Shown: one piece after another, positions 1-13,461 of the stretch | Position numbering within the stretch: position 1 is the stretch's first letter | Layout: every line of letters begins with the position of its first letter | NCBI GenBank assembly: GCA_965205265.1 | Contig: CBDBGH010000003.1 | Span: forward strand, 2,688,001-2,752,000 | DNA length: 64,000 nucleotides | Source: Alphaproteobacteria bacterium | GTDB taxonomy: Bacteria > Pseudomonadota > Alphaproteobacteria > Bin95 | Direction of reading: 5' to 3' | Notes under the pieces: generated by a model | What the model saw: only the letters and a program-made list of their open reading frames with translations | Told to the model about the DNA's origin: nothing | Database searches by the model: none | Program-made: the position numbers and the translations under genes

Positions 1-126
1 GGCCTCACCATCTTCCTGGTCTTCCCGTTCAGCCGCCTCGTCCATATCTGGAGCGCGCCGGTCGGCTATCTGGGGCGGCGCGGCTACCAGGTGGTGCGCA
101 CCCGCGAAGGCCACCGCGCGGCTTGA
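1..126 (+). CDS. narI: Respiratory nitrate reductase gamma subunit, C-terminal end (partial, starts before window)
   Basis: Frame 1 reads [35 protein letters not shown]..., the NarI C-terminal motif; followed by the PPIase that typically trails narI. Confidence 0.9.
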   Translation, partial: GLTIFLVFPFSRLVHIWSAPVGYLGRRGYQVVRTREGHRAA

Positions 127-132
127 CCGGCC

Positions 133-894
133 ATGACCGAAATCCGCGTCAACGACCGGTGCATCGACGAGGACGCGATCCTGCGCGAGATGCAGTATCA
201 CCCGGCGGAGAACGCGGGCGCGGCGCGGCGCGCGGCGGCCGAATGGCTGGTGATCCGGGCGCTGCTTCTGGACCGCGCGGAGGTTATCGGCATAGACGCA
301 GCGGACGAGGCGGCGGCCATCAAGGCCGTGATCGAACGCGAGGTGGACATTCCCGCGCCCGAAGAGGCGGAATGCAGGCGCTATTTCGACAACAACCCGT
401 CCCGTTTCCGCAGCCCGGACCTGGTGGAGGCGGCGCATATCCTGCTGCCCGCAAGTCCGGATGATGGTGAGCAGCGCGCCCGGGCGGAGGCGCTTGCCGT
501 GGAACTGATCGAGTTGCTGTCCGTTGCCCCCGAGCGCTTCGGCGAGATGGCGCGGGCGCAGTCCGCCTGCGACTCGAAGCACAATGACGGGCGCCTCGGC
601 CAACTTTCGCGCGGCGACACGGTGCCGGAGATGGAGACCTTCCTCTTCAACCTCGAAGAGGGCCAGCTCTCGCCGGTCCCCGTGAAGACGCGCTACGGCG
701 TCCATGTCGTGCGTGTGGACAAGCGCGTGCCGGGCCGCGCGCTGCCCTACGAGGCCGTCGCCGACAGGATTGCGGAATACCTGAAAGAGGCGTCCTGGCG
801 CCGCGCGTTCGGGCAGTATGTCCGGCTGCTCGCCGGCGGCGCCCGGATCGCCGGTTTCGACATTGCCGCCGCCGAGTCGCCGCTGGTGCAGTAA
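133..894 (+). CDS. Parvulin/PpiC-type peptidyl-prolyl isomerase (NifM-like, nar-associated)
   Basis: AAHILL, ARAQSACDS..GRLGQL.RG.TVPE.E and KTRYGVHVV rotamase motifs; position after narI. Confidence 0.9.
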   Translation: MTEIRVNDRCIDEDAILREMQYHPAENAGAARRAAAEWLVIRALLLDRAEVIGIDAADEAAAIKAVIEREVDIPAPEEAECRRYFDNNPSRFRSPDLVEAAHILLPASPDDGEQRARAEALAVELIELLSVAPERFGEMARAQSACDSKHNDGRLGQLSRGDTVPEMETFLFNLEEGQLSPVPVKTRYGVHVVRVDKRVPGRALPYEAVADRIAEYLKEASWRRAFGQYVRLLAGGARIAGFDIAAAESPLVQ

Positions 895-1198
895 AACCGA
901 GCCACCCGGCCGGCAGCCGCAGGCTGGCGGATACCGCAACGACGGAACACGATCCGAAGGCATTCCACGATGCCCGCAGCCAGCCGGTATTCGTACCGTA
1001 GGCATACGGCAAGGACCGCAGGGTATGTCGAGGTGAGTTTGTCGGCGGTGTGCTGCCGATCGGGACGGATCGGGCAAGCGTGTCTGGCTATGCGGCTGTG
1101 ACCGTGCCGCTGGCTCTCCTGCCCATCGGGCTCGCTCCACACCTGGAGCCGCTGCAATCCCTCTCCTCTCCTGCCTGCGGCAAAGGCCGGTGGCCCGT

Positions 1199-2224
1199 CT
1201 ATACGCCGGAGCGAACCTTCGGGATCACCTCTTCGGCAAGCATCGCCATTTCGTCGAGCACCATGCTTTGCGGCATGCCCGGGAACTGGATGCCGAACAC
1301 GAAATGATTGATGGCGAAGCGGCGGACATAGCCGATGATCTGCTCCGCCACCTCGTCCGGCGAGCCGAACAGGAACCGGTCCTTCAGCAGGTCTTCATAG
1401 TCCTGGCCGAAATCGCCGTCACCCTCCGGCATCACCTTGTCCTGGCCCCATTCCTTGTAGGCGCGGTATTTCGCCATCAGGTAGGGCTCGGCGGTGCGGA
1501 TGGCCTCTGCCCGCGAGCGGCCCACCACCACCTCGCGCATCATCGGCAGCTCCGCCGGCATCGGTTTGCCCGCCTTGTCGAGCGCACGTTTGTACACTTC
1601 CATCTGCCGGGCGGTCGTGGCCACCGTGTTGTGCGGATTGATGAACCAGGCGTCCGTCAGCCGGGCGGCGCGCTCGATCGCCCGGTCGGCATTGGCCCCG
1701 ACCCAGACGGGCGGCGTCGGCTTCTGGAGCGGCTTGACCGTGCAGGCGGCGTCGATGAGCTCGAAATGCGAGCCCTTCATCGTCACCCGCTCCTCGGTCC
1801 ACAGCCGCCGGATCGCCTCGAGGTTCTCCACGAAGCGCGGCACAGCCTCCTTCTGCGTCGTGCCGAACGCCCTGAATTCCACCTCCCGATAGCCGAGCCC
1901 GATGCCGAAAATGAGCTTGCCGCCGCTCATTACGTCGATATTCGCGAAGATTTCCGCGACATCGAGCGGTTTGTGCAGCGGCAGCAGGCAGATGCCGCAA
2001 AGCAGCCGCAGGGACGGGCATTCCGCGGTCATGCGGGCCAGGAAGGGCACCTGCTGGAAGTCCATCAACGGCCAGGAACTGTAATGCGAGCCCTTCATAA
2101 TGGAATCGAATTCGAGCCGCTCCGCCGCGCGCGCCTGCTCGACCATCTCGTCCCAGTGCAGTTTCGCGTCGTCGCCGACGGGGAACTGGCCCCGGTTCAT
2201 GATTCCAAACTGAAGCGCCGTCAT
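1199..2224 (-). CDS. LLM-class (luciferase-like) flavin- or F420-dependent oxidoreductase
   Basis: GKLIFGIGLGYREVEF, KPLQKPTPPVWVG, AIERAARL.D, GSPDEV motifs. Confidence 0.88.
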   Translation of the reverse strand: MTALQFGIMNRGQFPVGDDAKLHWDEMVEQARAAERLEFDSIMKGSHYSSWPLMDFQQVPFLARMTAECPSLRLLCGICLLPLHKPLDVAEIFANIDVMSGGKLIFGIGLGYREVEFRAFGTTQKEAVPRFVENLEAIRRLWTEERVTMKGSHFELIDAACTVKPLQKPTPPVWVGANADRAIERAARLTDAWFINPHNTVATTARQMEVYKRALDKAGKPMPAELPMMREVVVGRSRAEAIRTAEPYLMAKYRAYKEWGQDKVMPEGDGDFGQDYEDLLKDRFLFGSPDEVAEQIIGYVRRFAINHFVFGIQFPGMPQSMVLDEMAMLAEEVIPKVRSGV

Positions 2225-3039
2225 TTACCCCTCTCCTTCCGGCGGCGCATAACGCCGCCATTCGTATTGTTCGCCGCGTTCGGCGCGGCGGTGCCAACGC
2301 CGCCATCGGTAACGTTCGCCGGGTTCCGCGCGGCGGCGGCGAGGCGCGCCGGTATGTCCGTACCGCCCAGCCATGCGAGCGCCCGGCAGGCGCCGCCCTG
2401 CGCAAGCAGCATGCGCAAATCCTCGGGCTTGTCCACATCCAGCGCGATGCCGGAAAGCCCGGTGACGATGCGCGGCTCGATGCCGAGCGCGCGCGCTTCG
2501 GCCTTGTGCGGCCGGAAGCTGTCATGGCCGAAATGGAACGCGATCACGTCGGGCGGAGAGCTGGCCACGCAATTGGTGCCGCGGCCGTCTCCAGCAGGCA
2601 CGAGCGTCACGGAGGGCGCGGCCCCGTGCGCCGCCAGGACCCGGTCGATCTCCGCCGGCGAAACGAGGGGCACATCGCCCGGCAAGGCCAGCGCGGCGCC
2701 GGCGCCGGCGCCGGCGAGCGCCGCGACGGCCTCGGCAACGGCGGGGCTCTGGCCGCGATTGGCCGGTTCTTCCAGCACTGCGGCGCCGTATCGTTCCGCA
2801 AGCGCCTGCGCCCAGGTGTCGCGGGTGACGACAACGGTTCCTTCCAGGCTGCCCGCGCCGGACAGCGCCGCGAGCACATCCTCCGCCATTGCGCGAAACA
2901 ATTTTCGCCGCTCTTCGGCCGTCAATGCCGCTGCCAGGCGGGTTTTTGCATGTTCCGGGTTCTTGAGCGGCAGGACGCCCCAGGCAGATCCTGCCGTAAC
3001 ATTCCTTAACAGAGTGTGACTTGTGGGGCGGCGAATCAC
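2221..3039 (-). CDS. cofC: 2-phospho-L-lactate/PEP guanylyltransferase (F420 biosynthesis); start uncertain
   Basis: PLKNPEHAKTRLA, PGDVPL, GRGTN, FHFGHDSFRPH, LDVDKPEDL. Confidence 0.88.
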   Translation of the reverse strand: MIRRPTSHTLLRNVTAGSAWGVLPLKNPEHAKTRLAAALTAEERRKLFRAMAEDVLAALSGAGSLEGTVVVTRDTWAQALAERYGAAVLEEPANRGQSPAVAEAVAALAGAGAGAALALPGDVPLVSPAEIDRVLAAHGAAPSVTLVPAGDGRGTNCVASSPPDVIAFHFGHDSFRPHKAEARALGIEPRIVTGLSGIALDVDKPEDLRMLLAQGGACRALAWLGGTDIPARLAAAARNPANVTDGGVGTAAPNAANNTNGGVMRRRKERGK

Positions 3040-3093
3040 CTCGTTATTCTCTTCTTACGGACTCGCAAGTTTGGGTAGCCATAATACATAGCA

Positions 3094-4032
3094 ATGGGCG
3101 CACGAGAGGGAAAAGCAGTCGAACGTCTTTCGAGACGGGTAGACGGCGGTGAGCGCACCTTGCGGTCATCTATTGCATGCGAAGGCATAGGCATCCATAG
3201 CGGCCGCAAGGTGCACTTGACGCTGGGGCCGGCTCCTGCGGGGCATGGATTTGTCTTCCGGCGTCTCGATGTTGCGGGCGATACCGGCGTTGTGCCGGCC
3301 AGATGGGATATGGTCTCCGATACCACCTTGTGCACCGTAATTTCAAATCGTGACGGCATTGGTATTCACACGCCCGAACATATCCTGGCGGCGCTTTCCG
3401 GCGCCGGGATCGACAATGCCACAATCGAGGTCGATGCGCCGGAATTGCCGATCATGGACGGCAGCGCGGACGACTTTACCTTCCTCATCGGTTGCGTTGG
3501 CGTCCGGCCGCAGCCCTCCCGGCCCCGGTGCCGGATCGAGGTCCTCAAGCCGGTCCAGGTGCAGGAGGGCGAAAGCTGGGCGCGGCTGCTGCCATCGGAC
3601 AGCTTCAAGGTCTCCTGCACCATCGACTACGACCACCCTCATGTCGGCGTTCAGCGGTTCGATTTCGATTCGGCGCGGCAGACCTTCTCGGAGGCGGTGG
3701 GCCGGGCGCGCACCTTCGGGTTCCTGGACGAATTGGAATGGCTGCGCGCGCAAGGCTATGCCAGAGGGGCCTCGCTGGACAACGCCGTCGCGATTTCGCC
3801 GAACGGCGTGATGAACGACGGCGGTTTGCGCTATCCCGAGGAAATGGTGCGCCACAAGGTGCTCGATGTGATCGGCGACCTTGCATTGGCGGGCGCTCCA
3901 ATTCTCGGCGCATTCCAGGGCTACAGGTCGGGCCACCGGCTCAACAACATGGTGCTGCGCGCGCTCTTCGCCGATGAATCGGCATGGAGGTGGGAAGGGG
4001 CCGGGACGGAGGCGCAGCGGGTCGTCGCCTGA
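3094..4032 (+). CDS. lpxC: UDP-3-O-acyl-N-acetylglucosamine deacetylase
   Basis: GIGIHSG, EHILAAL, ELPIMDGSA, ARTFGF, RHKVLDVIGD, GHRLN. Confidence 0.96.
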   Translation: MGAREGKAVERLSRRVDGGERTLRSSIACEGIGIHSGRKVHLTLGPAPAGHGFVFRRLDVAGDTGVVPARWDMVSDTTLCTVISNRDGIGIHTPEHILAALSGAGIDNATIEVDAPELPIMDGSADDFTFLIGCVGVRPQPSRPRCRIEVLKPVQVQEGESWARLLPSDSFKVSCTIDYDHPHVGVQRFDFDSARQTFSEAVGRARTFGFLDELEWLRAQGYARGASLDNAVAISPNGVMNDGGLRYPEEMVRHKVLDVIGDLALAGAPILGAFQGYRSGHRLNNMVLRALFADESAWRWEGAGTEAQRVVA

Positions 4033-4098
4033 ACCTATGCTTCGGCGCAAGCATGGCATAAACTGAAGCCTGCCTTGTCCCGTTGCCACGAGGATGCC

Positions 4099-5109
4099 GT
4101 GAGTCGGGCATACGGTCGTTTTTGGCCAAACATCGCCGCTGCCCTGTTCGCAGCCGCCATGCTGTCCGCATGCAGTTCGGACGGCGGCGAGCAATATGTG
4201 GAGCGGTCGGTCGAGGCTCTCTACAACAGCTCGATGGATGCGCTGCTGGCGGGCAATTTCGAGCTCGCCGCCCAGCAGTTCGACGAAGTCGAGCGCCAGC
4301 ATCCCTATTCGGTCTGGGCGACCAAGGCGCAATTGATGGGCGCCTACGCCCATTACCAAGCCGATGAGTATGACGAAGCGATCGCCGCGCTGGAGCGGTA
4401 TATCCAGCTTCATCCGGGCAATCCGGATGTCAGCTATGCCTACTACCTGACGGCGGTTTCCTACTATGAGCAGATTTCGGATGTCGGACGCGATCAGGCC
4501 GTGACCCGCAAGGCCCGCGGGGCGTTGGAAGCGGTCGTGCGGCGCTTCCCCGGCACCGACTATGCGAACGACGCCCGCCTGAAACTCGACCTGACACGGG
4601 ACCACCTGGCCGGAAAGGAAATGAGCGTAGGACGCTTCTATCTCCGCCAGGGCCATTTACTGGCTGCCATAAACCGGTTCCGCATCGTCGTGGAGGAATA
4701 CCAGACCACATCCCATGTGCCCGAAGCCCTGCACCGCCTTGCAGAGGCCTACACCGCCATCGGGCTCGACGAGGAGGCGGTCCGGGTTGCCGCCGTGCTT
4801 CAGCACAACTATCCCGGCGATGAGTGGTATTCGGACAGTTACAACCTGGTCGAAAAGGGCGAAACCGCCCCGCAGGAGGACGCCGAAGACGGCTGGTTCT
4901 CGCGCAACTGGAACGCTTTGCTCGATCCGGCGGCGACGATCGGCGGCGGCGGCGGGCGGGCCGAGGAACTGGCGAAGGAACTGGCCGAAACCAGAGCGGC
5001 CGAGGATGCCGAACTCATGGAGCGCGCCCGGGCGATGGAGCGGGAACGCGGCGGAGGAAAGAGCGGAGCGCCGCCGGCCATTGCGCCTCCGGGAACTCCC
5101 AAGGGATAA
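4099..5109 (+). CDS. bamD: Outer membrane protein assembly factor BamD with C-terminal extension (GTG start inferred; ORF open from 4075)
   Basis: Lipobox LSAC, FDEVERQHPYS.WA, HLAGKEM.VGRFY, HVPEALHRL; lpxC-bamD-recN synteny. Confidence 0.95.
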   Translation: MSRAYGRFWPNIAAALFAAAMLSACSSDGGEQYVERSVEALYNSSMDALLAGNFELAAQQFDEVERQHPYSVWATKAQLMGAYAHYQADEYDEAIAALERYIQLHPGNPDVSYAYYLTAVSYYEQISDVGRDQAVTRKARGALEAVVRRFPGTDYANDARLKLDLTRDHLAGKEMSVGRFYLRQGHLLAAINRFRIVVEEYQTTSHVPEALHRLAEAYTAIGLDEEAVRVAAVLQHNYPGDEWYSDSYNLVEKGETAPQEDAEDGWFSRNWNALLDPAATIGGGGGRAEELAKELAETRAAEDAELMERARAMERERGGGKSGAPPAIAPPGTPKG

Positions 5110-5121
5110 CGCCCGGCCGCC

Positions 5122-9778
<4,657 letters not shown>

Positions 9779-9837
9779 CGAGCCCGGCTGCAATCCTGAA
9801 TAAAGGGCCCACAACAGGAAGAGGAGGGTGCCTGCCT

Positions 9838-10056
9838 TTGTCGAAAGAGGAAATGATGGTCTTCGGCGGAACCGTGACCGAAAAGCTGCCGAACGCGATG
9901 TTTCGGGTGAAACTCGAGAACGAGCACGAAATCATCGCCCATACCGCCGGGAAGATGCGGAAATTCCGTATCCGCGTCATGGTCGGAGACCGGGTGGACG
10001 TCGAAATGACGCCCTATGACCTGACCAAGGGCCGGATCACGTTTCGCCACAAGTAA
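9838..10056 (+). CDS. infA: Translation initiation factor IF-1 (TTG start)
   Basis: [44 protein letters not shown]. Confidence 0.96.
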   Translation: MSKEEMMVFGGTVTEKLPNAMFRVKLENEHEIIAHTAGKMRKFRIRVMVGDRVDVEMTPYDLTKGRITFRHK

Positions 10057-10714
10057 GCCCGAGCGAGGCTGCGACAGCGCGTTCGAGCGCCGGCCAGTCC
10101 TCCGGGCGGCCGTCGGCTTCCAGCGGTTTCTCGACAAGCCGCGCCAGGCGTTCCGTGGCCACGAAATGCAGGCATGCTATTTCCGGCGCTGTCCGCTTGA
10201 CCGAAACATGGTTGTTCGGCCCGTCATCGACGAAGACGGCGGGACCTCCGGCACGCGCGGCAAGCCAGGCTGCCGCCGGCCCCTTGTCTCCCGTATTCAC
10301 GACCACGGGGTAGGGCATCCGGTTCCGGGCCAGCGCCAGTCGCCGGGCATCGCGCTGCGCCGGCGGGATGTTGGTCAGCACCACGATCTGAACGCCGGCC
10401 CGGGCAAGCCGCGCGAGCCCGTCGGCCGCTCCCGGCACCGGCGGAATGTCTTCGGCGTGCGTGGCAAAGAAGTCCTGCAACAGAGCGAAAACCTGCGGCT
10501 GGTCCAGCACCGTATCGTCGGAAACCCGGCGCACATTTCCCGCGAGGCGGAAGGACGACCAATCGAAGGAAAAGCCGCGCCCCTCGATATGGTCCGCAAA
10601 GGTCTCGACGAAGCGGAACAACACCTCGTCCGCATCCGAAATCAGCAGCGGCCGGCCGGGCTCGACGCCGGCCGCTTCCAGTTGCGCCAGCGTGGCGGCC
10701 GGCAGTGCGTTCAT
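10037..10714 (-). CDS. HAD-superfamily hypothetical protein
   Basis: [10 protein letters not shown] (DxD), IVVLTN, KGP, VFVDD motifs. Confidence 0.75.
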   Translation of the reverse strand: MNALPAATLAQLEAAGVEPGRPLLISDADEVLFRFVETFADHIEGRGFSFDWSSFRLAGNVRRVSDDTVLDQPQVFALLQDFFATHAEDIPPVPGAADGLARLARAGVQIVVLTNIPPAQRDARRLALARNRMPYPVVVNTGDKGPAAAWLAARAGGPAVFVDDGPNNHVSVKRTAPEIACLHFVATERLARLVEKPLEADGRPEDWPALERAVAASLGLTCGET

Positions 10715-11259
10715 GTCGGTTTGCCCTTCAGGCGTTCGCCGATCCGGTCCGCCAGATCGCGGACCCCGTCGAGATAGGGATTGAGTTCTAGCGCGCGGCG
10801 CAGCCACGCCAGCGCGTCCTCCTCCCGGTCCAGCGCGACCAGGATCATGCCGAGGCCCGACAGGGCGCCGTAATGGCGCGGCTCCAGACTGAGCACATGC
10901 TGCACATCGGCCACGGACTCGCGGTGGCGGCCCATCATGTAGAGAACGGTGGCGCGCTTGTTCCAGCCTTCCGCGAATCCGGGCGCACGCTTGACGACTT
11001 CATCGAAGCGTTCGAGCGCCCGTTCGAGCGCTCCGCGCTGCATGGCGATCACACCCTGGGCCATTAGCCGGTTCACTGCCCGGTCTTCGGAATGCAGCCA
11101 GAGCAGCCAGATGCGCTGGTCCACCTCAAAGGCTTCCTGCGGCGTCAACTCCTGCTGAAGGCGATCGAACAGCGCCGGCAGTTCGGGATCGTTCTGGTCG
11201 GCGGCGGCAATGCCGCCCGAGAGCGCCAGAAGAACCGCGAACGCCAGCGCGCGCAGCAG
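10711..11259 (-). CDS. Secreted TPR-repeat protein; frame extends upstream of the listed TTG (11148) to a probable CTG start
   Basis: AEGWNKRATVLY, LEPRHYGALSGLG TPR motifs; upstream in-frame signal peptide LLRALAFAVLLALSGGIAAA-DQNDPELPALFDRL. Confidence 0.8.
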   Translation of the reverse strand: MLRALAFAVLLALSGGIAAADQNDPELPALFDRLQQELTPQEAFEVDQRIWLLWLHSEDRAVNRLMAQGVIAMQRGALERALERFDEVVKRAPGFAEGWNKRATVLYMMGRHRESVADVQHVLSLEPRHYGALSGLGMILVALDREEDALAWLRRALELNPYLDGVRDLADRIGERLKGKPT

Positions 11260-11260
11260 T

Positions 11261-11386
11261 CTAGCCCTGCCGGGCCTTGAAGCGGCGGTTGGTCTTGTTG
11301 ATGACGTAGATGCGGCCGCGCCGTCTCACGACCTGCGAGTCCTTGTGGCGCTTCTTCAACGTCTTCAGAGAGCGAACGACCTTCAT
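11261..11386 (-). CDS. rpmJ: 50S ribosomal protein L36, type B (zinc-free)
   Basis: Hand translation [41 protein letters not shown]; too short for the ORF track. Confidence 0.95.
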   Translation of the reverse strand: MKVVRSLKTLKKRHKDSQVVRRRGRIYVINKTNRRFKARQG

Positions 11387-11571
11387 CCTGTCCATCCCGG
11401 CCCGGAAGCCCCGGCTTCTACCCGCGCGCCCGGTTCACTGTCAACATGCAGGCCGCCGCAAGAACGGTTCATCCACCCGAAACGCTCATGGGCCTTACCC
11501 TGCAAGGCGGCACAAGGCTCAAGCGCGATCCGGCGGAATACTGGCCGCAGGCTGGTGTCCCCCGGGGGTTT

Positions 11572-12369
11572 TCAGGCTGACGGCCAGGCTTCGCCGAAAT
11601 CCCCCGGCGAGAAGTCGGTGCCCGGATGGCGGTTCCGGCCGCGGACCAGCTCCACTGGCAAGTCTCCCCAGTCTGCCGCCGCATTCTCGATGCGCCGGTG
11701 GACACAGCTCGTCGCCGGCATGTAGCGCATGGCGAAGCCGGCCCGGCGGCGCCCGGAGCTGTTGGCGGCCGAGCCGTGGACGATCCCGATATCGTGTACA
11801 GACACCTGTCCCGGCTCCAGTTCGATGGTGCGCGCCGTGCTTTCGTTGAAATCCTGAAGCCCGATCTCGCGATTCAGGGTCGAATCGGGATCGTCCACAA
11901 GCTCGTGGCGGCGGAAGGGCTCACGGTGCGAGCCGGGAATGACGCGCATCGCGCCATTGCCGGCATCCACCTTGTCGAGGGCGAGCCAGACCGTGCAGGA
12001 GGCCATCGGCTCTATGGGCCAGAACGGCCCGTCCTGATGCCAGGGCACAGTGCGCTTGCTCCGGGGCGTCTTGCAGAAGAGATGGGTGAACAGCAGCACG
12101 AGGTCCGGCCCCATGACGGCCCCCGCCATGTCCAGAACGCGGCTGTCATGCGCGATGGCATGGAAGGTCCGGTTGCCGCGCAGTCGGTAGGGCCGGCCGC
12201 GGTTCAGATGCGGGTTGATGATCCGGTCCGGCTCGGCGTCCGGGTTGTCGCGGAGCACTTGCTCGACAGCGGATTGCAGGGTCCCGAGTTCGTTGTCGTC
12301 AAGGCGGAACCCCGACGGGACCACATAGCCGTCGCGTCGGTAGGTTGCGACCTCCGCTTCGGTCAGCAT
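11572..12369 (-). CDS. Phytanoyl-CoA dioxygenase (PhyH) family Fe/2OG dioxygenase
   Basis: YRRDGYV, PWHQDG, VWLALD...NGAM..IPGSH, HGSAAN.S..RR. Confidence 0.88.
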   Translation of the reverse strand: MLTEAEVATYRRDGYVVPSGFRLDDNELGTLQSAVEQVLRDNPDAEPDRIINPHLNRGRPYRLRGNRTFHAIAHDSRVLDMAGAVMGPDLVLLFTHLFCKTPRSKRTVPWHQDGPFWPIEPMASCTVWLALDKVDAGNGAMRVIPGSHREPFRRHELVDDPDSTLNREIGLQDFNESTARTIELEPGQVSVHDIGIVHGSAANSSGRRRAGFAMRYMPATSCVHRRIENAAADWGDLPVELVRGRNRHPGTDFSPGDFGEAWPSA

Positions 12370-12458
12370 CCGCGCCTCCTTCCCCGCAAGCCTGTCCATT
12401 CCAGGCGCCTGCGGCAGTTGCGGTCCGGACGGCCCGCGCTATAAGTGCAGCGGTCCGG

Positions 12459-12533
12459 TGGGGCGTAGCCAAGCGGTCAAGGCAGCGGGTTTTGATCCCG
12501 CGATCCCTGGTTCGAATCCAGGCGCCCCAGCCA
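12459..12533 (+). tRNA. tRNA-Gln (anticodon UUG)
   Basis: TGGGGCG/CGCCCCA acceptor stem, anticodon arm GCGGG-TTTTGAT-CCCGC, GGTTCGAATCC T-loop, encoded CCA. Confidence 0.96.
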
Positions 12534-12551
12534 TTGCCGGCCTCCTGCCGA

Positions 12552-13376
12552 TCAGAACGGACGGTCGCCCTGGATTGTCACCCGGTTGCCCGACCGCACA
12601 TTGGGATAGTAGTCCCACATCGCCAGATGCTGGACGCTGCGGTTGTCCCAGAAGGCCACCGAGTTCGCCCGCCAGTGGAACCGGGCCTGGAACTGCGGTT
12701 TGGCATTGTGCCGGTAGAGGAACTCCAGGATCGCATCCGACTCGTCGCGCGGCATGCCCTTCAGCCGCATCGTGAAGACCGGATTGACGAAGATCGCCTT
12801 CCTGCCGGTTACCGGATGGGTGCGGATCACGGGATGCTCGCTGCGCGGATAGACCTTGTTGTCTTCCCTGCCGTCGCGCCGGCTGCGGTCGCGATAGTTG
12901 CGCGTGCCGTCATGGATGGCGGTCAACCCGCCGAGGAACGCCTTCATCGGCTCCGAGAGCGCATCGTAGGCCGCCGTCATGCTGGCGAAGAGCGTGTCCC
13001 CGCCCTCTTCCGGCACGGTGTGCAGATGCAGGATCGAGCCCATCGGCGGTTCCGGGTCGCAGGAGACGTCCGAATGCCAGGCCTCGCCGGCGATCTGGGT
13101 CGAGTTTGCATCGGTGTGGATCCGGAGGATTTCCGGATGGCCCTCGGGACCCGGCCGGAAGGGATGGATATGCAGCTCCCCGAACCGCCGGCCGAAATTC
13201 TTGTGCTGGTCCAGCGTCATCTCCTGATCGCGGAAGAAGATCACCTGGTGGCGCATCAGCGCATCGTGGACTTCGGTGAACTGGTGGTTCCCCATCGGCT
13301 CAGCCAGGTTGACGCCGCGGATCTCGGCTCCGACGGTCGGCGTCAGCGGACGGACTTCGATGGTCTCGTAAGTCAT
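12552..13376 (-). CDS. TauD/TfdA family Fe/2OG dioxygenase
   Basis: GAEIRGV, WHSDVS, GGDTLFAS, HPVIRTHPVTGRK, WDNRSVQH. Confidence 0.92.
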   Translation of the reverse strand: MTYETIEVRPLTPTVGAEIRGVNLAEPMGNHQFTEVHDALMRHQVIFFRDQEMTLDQHKNFGRRFGELHIHPFRPGPEGHPEILRIHTDANSTQIAGEAWHSDVSCDPEPPMGSILHLHTVPEEGGDTLFASMTAAYDALSEPMKAFLGGLTAIHDGTRNYRDRSRRDGREDNKVYPRSEHPVIRTHPVTGRKAIFVNPVFTMRLKGMPRDESDAILEFLYRHNAKPQFQARFHWRANSVAFWDNRSVQHLAMWDYYPNVRSGNRVTIQGDRPF

Positions 13377-13461
13377 GGACTTCCTGCCTCCCCAGCGTTG
13401 GTCCGAACGATAGCCGGTTGCGTCCAGTATAGCAGCTGCAGCAACCGGCGGCCTTCCGCGT

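Noticed and set aside
2996-3010. Possible CtrA box upstream of lpxC
   Set aside because: Reads GTAA-N6-TTAA, with the wrong spacing and half-site versus TTAA-N7-TTAA.
11261-11386. Zinc-free L36 as a zinc-starvation paralog
   Set aside because: Type B L36 is the normal form in alphaproteobacteria.
12459-12533. tRNA-Gln as the integration site for the integrase element
   Set aside because: No duplicated tRNA 3' end was seen, the flanks are ordinary metabolic genes, and the integrases are over 40 kb away.
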